Shown here piece by piece: positions 1 through 9,267 of a stretch of DNA of 64,000 nt; within the stretch, counting starts at the first letter, position 1; each line of letters starts with the position of its first letter. A model generated the notes under the pieces. The model ran no database searches. It was not told where the DNA came from and was given only the letters and a program-made list of their open reading frames with translations. This DNA comes from Planctomycetota bacterium (GTDB taxonomy: Bacteria > Planctomycetota > UBA1135 > UBA2386): the NCBI GenBank assembly GCA_965228735.1, contig OZ245838.1, positions 5,536,001 to 5,600,000 of the forward strand, read 5' to 3'. Made by a program: the position numbers and the translations under genes.

Positions 1-1190
1 GCAAGGTCGTCGTCGAGGTCAAGGGCGTGCCAGCCGAACGGCTGGCGCAGCTGCATTGCACGTGGACGGTTCGCGGCGAGGGTTATCAGGGGTTGCTCGT
101 GCCCGAGCGGTTGCGCGGCGGCTCGTTCGACAAGGACGGGCGCTGCGTCATCGAGGGGCTGCCGCCGGCCGCCAAGCTGTCGATGATCCAGGTCCCGGCG
201 CGCGGCATCACGTTCGAACCCGGATACCACGAAGTGCCCGCTGGCGTGGCCGGCACCGTGGCCTTCGAGGTGAAGTCCATTGCCGCTCCCCCGCAGGATG
301 GCGGCGCTGCCGCCGACGCTCCGGCGCCCGACGCGCCGCCCGCGCCGGTCGGGAAGACGACGTTGCGTGGCACCGTCGTCGACCCCGACGGCCGGCCGGC
401 CCCGGGCGTGCGCATCCGGATCCACTGTTTCCGGACCGGCGCGCACGAATGCATCACGAGGGCGGACGGCACGTTCTCGACGACGGCCGCGTTCAAGACC
501 GACGACTACATCTCGTTCAGCGTGAGCGGCGGCGCGTGGGTGCTCGATCACAACGAGCGCTACGACGGCTCGACGTCGGACTCCGTGTCGTTGGATTACG
601 TCGAGGGCAAGGAGTATCGCTTCTCGCTGCAGCGGACGGCGCGCGTCGCCGGCCGGGTCGAGGCGTCGAAGGGCACCGACGTCGGCGGGCTGAAGGTGAC
701 GCTGAGTCGGGCCGATGGCTACGGCACCGTCGGCAGCGCGTTCACCGACAAGGACGGCGCGTTCGTGATCGTCGGGTTCCGTCCGACGCGCGATGCGCTC
801 CGCGTCAGCGTGAGCGACCTGCGCGGCACGGCGACGATCGAGCGCCTCAAGACCAAGGGCAAGCTCGAGGTCGACGGCGTGCGGCTGCGGCTGCAGGAGC
901 CGTTCGAGGTCCGCGGCACGATTCGCGACCGGCGCAAGAAGCCGGTGGTCGGCGCGCGCGTGGAGCTCTTCGAGTGGGACGACACGGTGAAGGAGAAGGA
1001 GCCGGACGGCACGTTCACGATCACCGACAAGGAGGGGCGCTTCGTCTACCGCGGCGTGGAGCCGGGCGAGTACGCGCTGCGCGCGCGCGTCGAAGGCCTG
1101 GAATACGTGGTCGTTTCCAAGCCGTTCGAAGTCGGGAAGCGCCGGGTCGTGGAGCAGAAGCTGCGGATCCGCGCCGGGCGCAAGCGCTGA
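1..1190 (+). CDS. Carboxypeptidase-regulatory-like (beta-sandwich) repeat protein, 5'-truncated by the window edge
   Basis: Frame is open from the window start. Repeated 'GxVxDxxGxPxxGxxV...TDxxGxF' modules (LRGTVVDPDGRPAPGV; VRGTIRDRRKKPVVGARV; TDKEGRFVYRGVEPGEY). Confidence 0.7.
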   Translation, partial: KVVVEVKGVPAERLAQLHCTWTVRGEGYQGLLVPERLRGGSFDKDGRCVIEGLPPAAKLSMIQVPARGITFEPGYHEVPAGVAGTVAFEVKSIAAPPQDGGAAADAPAPDAPPAPVGKTTLRGTVVDPDGRPAPGVRIRIHCFRTGAHECITRADGTFSTTAAFKTDDYISFSVSGGAWVLDHNERYDGSTSDSVSLDYVEGKEYRFSLQRTARVAGRVEASKGTDVGGLKVTLSRADGYGTVGSAFTDKDGAFVIVGFRPTRDALRVSVSDLRGTATIERLKTKGKLEVDGVRLRLQEPFEVRGTIRDRRKKPVVGARVELFEWDDTVKEKEPDGTFTITDKEGRFVYRGVEPGEYALRARVEGLEYVVVSKPFEVGKRRVVEQKLRIRAGRKR

Positions 1191-1254
1191 GGTCGTTCGA
1201 GACTCCGGCGGGACGCTCTTGCCAGGCACGCGTCGGACCGGTAGCTACGGCGCG

Positions 1255-1836
1255 ATGAAGAGTCTTCGGTGGGTGATGTTCCTCTCTCTGGTCGGGCTGT
1301 CGGTCGCGCTGGCCGGTTGCCGTTCGGCGCGCGGTCCCGTCGAGGGTGTGCCCGCGGTCGGGACGGTGCTCTACAGCAACGTCGGCATGCACTTCGACGC
1401 GCACCGCGGCAGCAACCGCGCGTATTCGACGAACCACATCGAGCTCGCGACGTTCAAGCCGGCCGGGACCCGGTTCGAGCTCGTCGAGCAGAACCGGAAG
1501 TACCTCACGCTGCGCGACGAGGACGGCACCGACTTTCATCTGTATTGGGTGCAGAAGCACTCGCGCATGCCGATGGGCGAGTGGGTCGACCGGCAGTTCT
1601 CGACCGCGCCGATGGAGCTGCCCGCGGAGCTGTCGGAGATGGAGCGCGCAGCGATCGCGGCCGGCAAGGTCGAGCCGGGGATGTCGCGCACGGCCGTGAC
1701 GCTCGCGGTCGGCTACCCGCCAGCGAGCCTCACGCCGAACCTCGACGCTGACACGTGGGTGTACGAGGCGCGGAGGTTCGTCAGTCGGCGCGTGACGTTC
1801 GACGCGGAAGACCGGGTTTCGTCCTACGGGCGCTGA
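1255..1836 (+). CDS. Lipoprotein with C-terminal SmpA/BamE-like domain
   Basis: ATG at 1255 gives MKSLRWVMFLSLVGLSVALAGC (lipobox LAGC). C-terminal 'VEPGMSRTAVTLAVGYP...TWVY...VTFD' pattern. Confidence 0.6.
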   Translation: MKSLRWVMFLSLVGLSVALAGCRSARGPVEGVPAVGTVLYSNVGMHFDAHRGSNRAYSTNHIELATFKPAGTRFELVEQNRKYLTLRDEDGTDFHLYWVQKHSRMPMGEWVDRQFSTAPMELPAELSEMERAAIAAGKVEPGMSRTAVTLAVGYPPASLTPNLDADTWVYEARRFVSRRVTFDAEDRVSSYGR

Positions 1837-1851
1837 TCGGCGCCCGCGCCA

Positions 1852-2895
1852 TCACGCAGCGTCGCTGCCCGGGTCGCCGAGCCGGCCGAGGTTGCCGAAA
1901 TAGCTGCGCGCGAGATCGCCGAGCGGGCCGCGCAGGTCGAACAGGAGGCGCTTGTTGATCTCGAACAGCGGGTTGCCGTTCACCGACTCCTCGCGTTCTT
2001 CGAACAGCGACCAGCGGCGCATCAGCGCGCGGCCGGCGTCCGTCGTGCCCTCGGCGTAGATCGTCGGCATGTCCGCGGCCGTGCGGATCGGGACGCCGTC
2101 GAGGTGGTGCAGCAGGTGCAACAGGGCCTGCGCGCAGATGCCGAGCGTCGCCTGCTTGTTGCGGCGGAGGTTCTCGACGATGCCGACGGCCTGGACGTAG
2201 AGGCCGAACTTCGCGAGTTCGCCGTTGCGGCCAGCCTCGATCAGCTGGTCGTGGCTGGCGAGCTCGGCGCTGTTCCACTGGAACTGGCTCTCGGTGCGCT
2301 CCTCGGCGTAGCGGTGGAACGAGTTGGGCATCAGGGGCACCACCACCGTGCTGCCGCACGGGACGGTGTCGCCGGCGGCGGCGAACGGGGTCCACAACGC
2401 GAACACGTCGGGGTTGCCGGCGAAGAGGTCGCCGTAGTACTCGCGTCGGGTGCGCGCGAACTCGGCCGGGCCGTCGTCGCCGAAGAAGTAGGTGCCGAGG
2501 ACGCGCGTGAGGTCGAGCTCATCGCTCGTCGCGAAGTGGGCGACCGCGCTCGGGGCCGTCGCGAGCTGGCGGATCGCGGTGAGGAGCTGACCGAACTCGG
2601 CGTCGTGCGCGAGCGGCAGGTCACGGCGCGACAGGCGGCGTGCGATCACCATGCAGACCTTGGTGATCGTCGCGCCGCCGGGCACGAGGTCCTTGAGGAT
2701 CGCGCCGGGCACGCTGCGCTCGAGGGAGCGGGCGAGTTCCCGAAGGCCAACGACGCGCGCGGTGCGCGCGATGATGCGGCGGGCTTTCCGCGCCGCGCGG
2801 CGCGCGCGGCGGCGGGACAGCCCGAGCACGGAGGGAGAGAGTTCGGAGGGGGTCAGACGCATGACGTTGTCGCGGGGCAGTGATCGCGGGGTCAT
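1852..2895 (-). CDS. Hypothetical protein, possible degenerate GNAT fold
   Basis: 347-aa ORF with typical codon usage. Segments 'CGSTVVVPL', 'LYVQAVG', 'IYAEGTTDAGRALMRRWSLF' resemble GNAT strands and motif B. Start is uncertain (2895 or 2862). Confidence 0.55.
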   Translation of the reverse strand: MTPRSLPRDNVMRLTPSELSPSVLGLSRRRARRAARKARRIIARTARVVGLRELARSLERSVPGAILKDLVPGGATITKVCMVIARRLSRRDLPLAHDAEFGQLLTAIRQLATAPSAVAHFATSDELDLTRVLGTYFFGDDGPAEFARTRREYYGDLFAGNPDVFALWTPFAAAGDTVPCGSTVVVPLMPNSFHRYAEERTESQFQWNSAELASHDQLIEAGRNGELAKFGLYVQAVGIVENLRRNKQATLGICAQALLHLLHHLDGVPIRTAADMPTIYAEGTTDAGRALMRRWSLFEEREESVNGNPLFEINKRLLFDLRGPLGDLARSYFGNLGRLGDPGSDAA

Positions 2896-2935
2896 CCTGG
2901 ACGCGCGCGTTCGTCATGCGGTTCCGCAGTCTCGA

Positions 2936-2976
2936 TTGTACAAGGGCGCGACTCGTTGCGTTGCCGTTGTACAACG
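2936..2976. promoter_or_regulatory. Two TTGTACAA palindromes (candidate operator pair) between divergent genes
   Basis: TTGTACAA at 2936-2943 and 2967-2974; the second extends to CGTTGTACAACG. Spacing is 31 bp and the motif is AT-rich in a GC-rich background. Confidence 0.5.
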
Positions 2977-3041
2977 CGTGGTGCATTCGCGTGACGCAGA
3001 GTGGCGACTGGCCGGCACGGCGGTTGCGTTACCATCCCGCC

Positions 3042-4164
3042 ATGCCCGACGTGCCCCCTGCCGGTCAGCCGCTGCCGCCCGATTTCGTCGATCGCGATCG
3101 TCACCCGGTCGGAAGACTCCTACGAAGACGATCAACTCGGAAAGCTGCAGGATCTCATCGATCGGATCCGGCAGCAGCGGTCGTCGTTCTTCAACCTCGC
3201 GGAGCTCTATCCGACGGTCAACGCGCCGTCGTACCGCACCGTCATCTCCGGGCTCAACGGCCTGTTGAAGCGCACGCGGTGGTCCGACCCGAAAGGCGAG
3301 CTGTACCTGCGCCTGTACGAACTCACCGAGCGCGATGCCAAGGGCAACACCTACGTCGTGCTCGTGATGCGTCAGGGCGAGCACTACAAGGCGCGGCAGT
3401 TCGACCGGGAGGCCGGGCGGCTCGTGCGGACGCGCCAGCCTCACCGCGGCGCGCTGCCAGGGCCGGCGGCGGAGACGCCGGCACTGATCCTTCGCCTGAA
3501 GCGCGACTACGACGCGGGCGCGGCCTTCCTGCTCGCCGCGAAGTGCTATATCGACGGTTGGACCAACACGTTCGAGCAGCCGCAGTTCGTCGAGCCCTAC
3601 CTGCCCCCGAGCGAGCCGGCGGCGGACCAGGCGGTCCGGAAGCTCAAGGGCGACGGGCTCGGCGACTGCTTCGTCCTGAAGGAGGGGCAGCATGTCGTGG
3701 GGTATTCGTCCCTGTGGTGCCTCGACCCGAACGCGCCGTTGATCTTCGACCGTGACGGCAACGTGCCCAAGTCCGTGCTCACGGATCCCGACCCAGGGGT
3801 CTTCGACGGCTACGTGAGCGGGCTGCGCCTGATGCCGCCGTATCAGCAGCAGACGGATCTTCTGTTCGCGGCGCTCGAGAAGTCGGTCGTGGCCTACGAG
3901 TCGAAAGGGGTCGTCTTCCGAAGGATCCTCGTCCGCGCGCACCACGAGTCGGTCGAGATCATGACGCGCCGGGTTCGCAACGCGGACCACGAGGATGACC
4001 TCGAACGGCAGATCGACAGCGATTCGCCGGTGCATCAGGTGACGCTGCTGCCGTGGGGGATTCGCGACGACGCCCGTCACTTCGGAACCCTGCGCGAGGT
4101 CTACCGCAAGCACCAGCGGCGCGGCGGTGACGCGGGCCCGCAGGAACGCGCGACCGAGGCGTAG
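3042..4164 (+). CDS. Hypothetical protein with C-terminal GNAT-like domain; probable frameshift near 3089
   Basis: Main ORF is 3001-4164. ATG 3042 reads MPDVPPAGQPLPPDFV and joins IAIVTRSEDSYED if one base near 3089 is removed. 'DAGAAFLLAAKCYIDGWTNTF...CFVLKEGQHVVGYS...YVSGLRLMPPYQ' is GNAT-like. Confidence 0.55.
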
Positions 4165-4244
4165 TCAGGCTCTGGCCGGGTAGTGCTGGCGCCGGACGCG
4201 GACTTCTGATCCGAACTTCAGACCCACAGCACTGGCAGCCGCGG

Positions 4245-5789
4245 TCACTCGCAGAAGGGGACCCGGAACGCGCGGCTCATCGCGACTCCGCCCGGTGCCG
4301 CCGGGTCGAGGACGAATGCCTGGGAGACCAGCGTGAGGCCGGCGTAGGCGGTCGACGCGGGAATCGGCAGCGCGACGTCGACGCTGCCGTCGCCGTTCAC
4401 GCCGGCCGTGCCGCCGAGCGGGACGAACGGGGTCGCGACGACGAGCGCGGGGTCGACCCACACCAGACCGCCCGCGATCGGGAGGCCGGTCGCGCTCGCG
4501 CCGAAACCGATCGCGAGGCCCGCGGGTGCGGCGCCGAGCCCGGCCGTGATCGCGAAGCGCCAGTTGGCGTTGCCGAGCGTCGGGAACGTGCGCATGCCGA
4601 GCTCGGGCGCGATGCCGCCGCTCCCGGGGGTCGCGGTGCCGATCGCGGTCGCGGGTGGACAGTTGCGGACCGCGACGTAGAGGCTGCTGTGGTTCTGGGT
4701 CGTGCGGCCGACGGCGATCCGGCCGTGGTCGGCGAACGCGAGCTCGATCGGCCCGGTCGTGCCGCCCGTGAGCGTGAGCACGCCGCCGGCTGCCAGCGCC
4801 CCGGTGCCCGTCCACGTCGCCGGTGTCGAGTTCGTGCTCTGCACCGTCGTCTCCACCCGTTGGCCGGTGACTGCGAACAGCGCGGCCGCCTGTGACGCCA
4901 CGTTGACGTCGAGCTGACCGACCTCCGTGCGGCTGCGCGGTCCGGCCGGGCTCAGCACGTGGGCGTGCGAGGTCATGCGGTAGGACCCGTCGACATCGTT
5001 CAGTCCGTAGGACGCGCCGACCCGCACGCCGATCGTGAGCCCGACCTCGTTCTGCGCTCCAGGCGTGAACGCGACGCAGAACAGATCGCCGGCAGCCGAC
5101 ATCGCGCCGGGCTGACCCATGATCGTGATCGCGCCGTCGGGGGCGACGGTGTACGGATGCGTCGCGGTCGCGGGCAGCGACGACACGAGCCCGGTGCTCT
5201 GCCAGTAGTTGAACGTCGCGGTCGCGATGACCGTGCCCTGGCCGTCGAAGGTCCAGATGCCGTAGTCGGTGGCCGTGTCGTAGCCCGCCGCACCGTTCTG
5301 CAGCGTGAACTGACTGTAGACGTGATACGCCCCCGTGAGCGTTGCCGCGCTCTGCCCCGACGAGGCTTCGATCGCGATCATGCTGAACGCCTCGGAGTCG
5401 ACCTCGTACCGCGCCGCGTGCAGGACGCTGGCGGTCGGATCGATCTGCAGCTCGATGAGGTCGACCGCCGGCGTCGGATCCCAGTCGAGCTCGAGGACGC
5501 CGCGCGGTGAGACGTAGTAGTCGGCGCCGACGGGCAGGCTCGGCAGGAACGTCGTACCGTTGCCGTCGACCTGCCACACGTCGAGCGCGCCCGTCATCGT
5601 CCCGGTGGGGGCGAACGTGAACGTGCCCTGCCGCACCTCGGATCGGACGAGGCCAGTGCCCTGCTCGATGCGCAGCCCGTGACCCATCACGTGGTGGGAC
5701 GTCTGCAGCGTGAGCACGCTCGGACCCTGAGCCGCGGTAGTCGCGGCCAGCAGGGTCAGGGAGAACGGGTTCACTCGGGCGCTGCGCAT
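4245..5789 (-). CDS. Secreted beta-rich protein with recurrent C-terminal domain
   Basis: Signal-like N-terminus ending TTAA-Q. C-terminus 'PTLGN...LPIPASTAYAGLTLVSQAFVLDPAAPGGVAMS'. Confidence 0.7.
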   Translation of the reverse strand: MRSARVNPFSLTLLAATTAAQGPSVLTLQTSHHVMGHGLRIEQGTGLVRSEVRQGTFTFAPTGTMTGALDVWQVDGNGTTFLPSLPVGADYYVSPRGVLELDWDPTPAVDLIELQIDPTASVLHAARYEVDSEAFSMIAIEASSGQSAATLTGAYHVYSQFTLQNGAAGYDTATDYGIWTFDGQGTVIATATFNYWQSTGLVSSLPATATHPYTVAPDGAITIMGQPGAMSAAGDLFCVAFTPGAQNEVGLTIGVRVGASYGLNDVDGSYRMTSHAHVLSPAGPRSRTEVGQLDVNVASQAAALFAVTGQRVETTVQSTNSTPATWTGTGALAAGGVLTLTGGTTGPIELAFADHGRIAVGRTTQNHSSLYVAVRNCPPATAIGTATPGSGGIAPELGMRTFPTLGNANWRFAITAGLGAAPAGLAIGFGASATGLPIAGGLVWVDPALVVATPFVPLGGTAGVNGDGSVDVALPIPASTAYAGLTLVSQAFVLDPAAPGGVAMSRAFRVPFCE

Positions 5790-5865
5790 GGCGGCGCAGC
5801 ATAGCGCCACCGATCACGCGACGGTCGGTGGCCGGCGGGCGATCCGTTTGCGGGCTTCGTCGAAC

Positions 5866-5891
5866 CGGCGATTCTCCCGGGTGAATCGCCG
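5866..5891 (-). terminator. 9-bp stem hairpin downstream of leuB
   Basis: CGGCGATTC-tcccgggt-GAATCGCCG; no clear U-tract. Confidence 0.3.
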
Positions 5892-5934
5892 CCTTGCGGA
5901 AGAGTACGAGCGCGCGGGACGGGGTTCGCGGCGC

Positions 5935-6996
5935 TCACGCCAACTCGAGAGCCACGGCGTCGGCGAATTCGCGGGTGCCGATCGGCGCGCGGTCGGCGGT
6001 CGTGAGGTCGGCGGTGCGGAGGCCTTTGGCGAGCGCGGCGTCCACTGCGGCTTCGATCGCGGCGGCGACCGCCGGCAGGCCGAGAGAATGGCGCGCCAGC
6101 ATCGCGGCGCTTTCGATCGCCCCGATCGGGTTGGCGAAGTTCTGCCCCGCAATGTCGGGGGCCGAACCGTGGACGGGCTCGAAGAGCCCCCAGGTGCCGT
6201 CGCCCAGGGAAGCCGACGGCAGGATACCGAGCGAGCCGGCGAGCACGCTGGCCTCGTCCGTCAACACGTCGCCGAACAGGTTCTCGGTCACGACGACATC
6301 GAAGTCGCGCGGCCGCTGCAAGAGGTGCATCGCCATCGCGTCGACGAGCAGGTGCTCGAGCTGGATGCCGTCGAACTCGCCTGCGACGTCGGTAGCGGTG
6401 TGGCGCCACAGTCGTGAGGTCGCCATGACGTTCGCCTTGTCGACCGACGTCACGCGGTTTCGCCGGCTGCCGGCGAGTTCGAACGCTCGCCGCACGACTC
6501 GGGTCACTTCACCGCGGGTGTAGCTGCACGTGTCGCTCGCGCGGTCGTCGCCCTCGACCTTGTCGCCGAAGTAGATCCCCGAAGTCAGCTCACGCACGAA
6601 CAAGATATCCGTGCCGCGCAGGCGTTCGGCGCGAATCGGCGAGCTGTCGAACAGGCACTCGCGCGGCCGAACCGGGCGGAGGTTGGCCCAGAGACCAAGC
6701 TCGCTGCGGATCCGGAGCAGGCCGGCCTCCGGGCGGTCGCCGCCATCGAGATGGTCCCAGGCGGGGCCGCCGACGGCCCCCATCAGCGCGGCGTCGGCGT
6801 TGCGGCAAGCGGCCAGCGTGGATTCTGGCAGCGGTTCGCCGTGTGCGTCAATCGCCGCGCCGCCGATCGTCGCCGACTCGGTTTGCAGCTCCAGGCCGTG
6901 CTGCGCCAGCGCCGCGCGGAGCACCTGAACGGCGGCCGACGTGACCTCGGGGCCGACGCCGTCTCCCGCCAGCACCGCGATGCGTACGCAGTTCAT
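5935..6996 (-). CDS. leuB: 3-isopropylmalate dehydrogenase
   Basis: Motifs [61 protein letters not shown]. Confidence 0.96.
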   Translation of the reverse strand: MNCVRIAVLAGDGVGPEVTSAAVQVLRAALAQHGLELQTESATIGGAAIDAHGEPLPESTLAACRNADAALMGAVGGPAWDHLDGGDRPEAGLLRIRSELGLWANLRPVRPRECLFDSSPIRAERLRGTDILFVRELTSGIYFGDKVEGDDRASDTCSYTRGEVTRVVRRAFELAGSRRNRVTSVDKANVMATSRLWRHTATDVAGEFDGIQLEHLLVDAMAMHLLQRPRDFDVVVTENLFGDVLTDEASVLAGSLGILPSASLGDGTWGLFEPVHGSAPDIAGQNFANPIGAIESAAMLARHSLGLPAVAAAIEAAVDAALAKGLRTADLTTADRAPIGTREFADAVALELA

Positions 6997-7097
6997 CGGC
7001 TGGCCTCCTCGCAGTTCGAGATCGCGGTCTCGCGTTCCAGCAGCTGGTCGAGGATGGTCGAGCGAACGACGTTCAGGGGGCGTCGCGATGGTTGCAT
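6993..7097 (-). pseudogene. leuD: leuD remnant (N- and C-terminal ends joined, about 34 codons)
   Basis: ATG directly after the leuC stop gives [34 protein letters not shown], whose stop overlaps the leuB ATG. The tail resembles the LeuD C-terminal helix and the position is canonical. Confidence 0.55.
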
Positions 7098-7099
7098 GG

Positions 7100-7412
7100 T
7101 CAGTCGATGAGGTCTCTTCGATCGGTGATGCGGCCGGTCAACGCGGCGGCTGCGGTGAGCGGACTGGCCGAGAACGTGCGAGAGCCTCGCCCTCCGCTCC
7201 CGGAAGTTCCTGTTGGACGTGGACACTGCATAGCCGCCAGGTGGCACCTTATCGCCGTTCATCGCGAGGCACAGCGAGCAGCCGGGTTCGGCCCATTCGG
7301 CGTCGGCGTCGCGGAACACGCGCGCCGCCGCCCGCGGGTCCTCGAGGCGCTGGCGGGTCGTTCCTCGGCCGTCGAGCGTCGGTCGCGAGGCGGCGCGCTT
7401 CACCCGGGCCAT
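7100..7412 (-). pseudogene. leuC: leuC C-terminal remnant with deletion and frameshift
   Basis: 'RLEDPRAAA', '[23 protein letters not shown]', 'STSNRNF', then in a shifted frame '[27 protein letters not shown]'. All are LeuC motifs. Confidence 0.85.
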
Positions 7413-7455
7413 GAGCCTGGCACGAAGCCGAGTGCGGTCTGGCTACGATGACGAC

Positions 7456-9267
7456 ATGCTGACCGTGTTCGTTGCCGCGTTCGTCATGACAGGCGTCTCT
7501 GTGACCGGGTTGCCGGTACCGCAGGCCGAACCCGCGCGGGCGCCGCTGTTCGGCGTCGTGAAGAACGCGCAGCGGCGGGCCTGGGAGGGCGCGACCGTGC
7601 ATCTGCTCGCGCGACCGGTCGGGGAGTTCGACGACCTCGGGATCGAGGATCGGCTCGTGGTCACGACCGATGCGCGCGGGCAGTTCCGGGCGGCCGGGCG
7701 CGAGGGGTGGATCTACACCGTGTGGGCCGTCGCGAGTGCCGCGGACGGCGCGAGCTATCGCGTGACGGGCACCGTCGGGCAGGCGGTGTGCGGGCGGCCG
7801 GTCGAGCTCAACGAGGTCGCGGAGCCGCGACCGAGCGGCGCGTTCGCGATCACGGGGCTGGACGCGTGGCGGGATCGGGCGCCGTTCCGTTGCCGGTTCG
7901 TGACGACGACGACGAACGTCTGGGTCGAGGAGGCTGCGATCGATGCCGATGGCGGGACCATCCGGCCGCCGCTGCCGGTCGGGCGCCAGACGATCGAGAT
8001 CCTCGACAAGGACGGGGTGCCGCTCTACACGGCGCGGCTCACGGCGGCGGCGATGACAGTCGAGGTGCCGCCGCCCGAGACCGTCACACTGACGGTGCGC
8101 AGCGGTTTCGAGGGCGCGCCGATCGCGGGTGCGGAAGTTCTACGTCGCGTGCGGCATCGCGACCATCCGATCGGTCGCACGGATGCGAACGGACGCTTCG
8201 AGGTCCGGCATCCGGCAGGCGAGAGCCCGTATCGCTTCCGCGTCGAGGCGCCGGGGCACGCGCGGGGCTACCCGGGCAAGGTCGAAGAGCGTTGGGATTG
8301 CGACCTCGAGCCACTGCGTGGTCCGGGCAGCGCGGTGCTCACGTTCGCGGACGGCAAGCCCGCGGCGGGCCTCACGCTGCGCGTGTTCGCCGACAGCAAG
8401 CGGCAAACGGGCAAGACGTCCGGTGCGACGTTCCAGGATCTCATGTTGCTGCGCACCGACGCCGAGGGGCGCGTCCCGCTGCGCACGGACACCGAGGTCA
8501 TGCTGCACGCGGTGCTGACGCCCGAGCTGGCGGCGCGCATCGCTGGCGATGTCACGGTGCATCCGCTCGTGTTCGTCGCGGACGGTCGTGCGCGCCAGGA
8601 GTACACGTTCGGTGACCGCGTGCCCGTGCGACTGCACGTGCGGCGCGTCGACGGCACGCCCGCATTCGGAGCGGAGATCCTCGCGGGCAGGAAGCCCGAG
8701 ACCAACCCGAGCTGGCACCAGCCGTCGTGGGTGACGGACCGGCGCGGCGAAGTCGTGATCCTCGCGCCCGCGGTGACCGGCCTCGGGCTGCTCGTCCGCG
8801 GTGGGGACGAGTTCGCCGTGCGCTGGCTCGACGTCGGGCCGCGGCCGGCGGATCGCGCGGCCGCGCCGATCCGCGTCGAGGTGCCGCTCACGGCGCCGTT
8901 CCGGATCCGTGGTCGCGTCGCCGCTGCGGACGGCGCGGAACTCGAGCGCACCGGCGTGTTCTGTTCGGCGACGCAGAGCGGCTACCTCGGACCGGCGCTC
9001 GCAACGAAGGCGCAGCGGCCGCTCGCGGCCGGCGAAGCGCGGCTGTCCGACGTCGCCGACGAGGACGTCTTGTGGCGTTTCGTCGGCCTGGCGCAGAGCC
9101 ACCGCGATCGGTTCCGCGCGCGCGGACCCGAGTTCGAGTACGCGGTGCCCGCGATCCCCTGGCGCTACTTCTTCAATGCGTTCGAGATCCGCGGGAAGCG
9201 CGGCCTGCAGACCGAGGTCGAGGTGCGCGAGGCCGCCGCGCCAGAGCTGCTGTTCGAGCTGAAGTAG
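7456..9267 (+). CDS. Secreted carboxypeptidase-regulatory-like repeat protein
   Basis: Hydrophobic N-terminus from ATG 7456. Repeated TDxxGxF motifs (TTDARGQF, RTDANGRF, RTDAEGRV, VTDRRGEV). Confidence 0.65.
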   Translation: MLTVFVAAFVMTGVSVTGLPVPQAEPARAPLFGVVKNAQRRAWEGATVHLLARPVGEFDDLGIEDRLVVTTDARGQFRAAGREGWIYTVWAVASAADGASYRVTGTVGQAVCGRPVELNEVAEPRPSGAFAITGLDAWRDRAPFRCRFVTTTTNVWVEEAAIDADGGTIRPPLPVGRQTIEILDKDGVPLYTARLTAAAMTVEVPPPETVTLTVRSGFEGAPIAGAEVLRRVRHRDHPIGRTDANGRFEVRHPAGESPYRFRVEAPGHARGYPGKVEERWDCDLEPLRGPGSAVLTFADGKPAAGLTLRVFADSKRQTGKTSGATFQDLMLLRTDAEGRVPLRTDTEVMLHAVLTPELAARIAGDVTVHPLVFVADGRARQEYTFGDRVPVRLHVRRVDGTPAFGAEILAGRKPETNPSWHQPSWVTDRRGEVVILAPAVTGLGLLVRGGDEFAVRWLDVGPRPADRAAAPIRVEVPLTAPFRIRGRVAAADGAELERTGVFCSATQSGYLGPALATKAQRPLAAGEARLSDVADEDVLWRFVGLAQSHRDRFRARGPEFEYAVPAIPWRYFFNAFEIRGKRGLQTEVEVREAAAPELLFELK

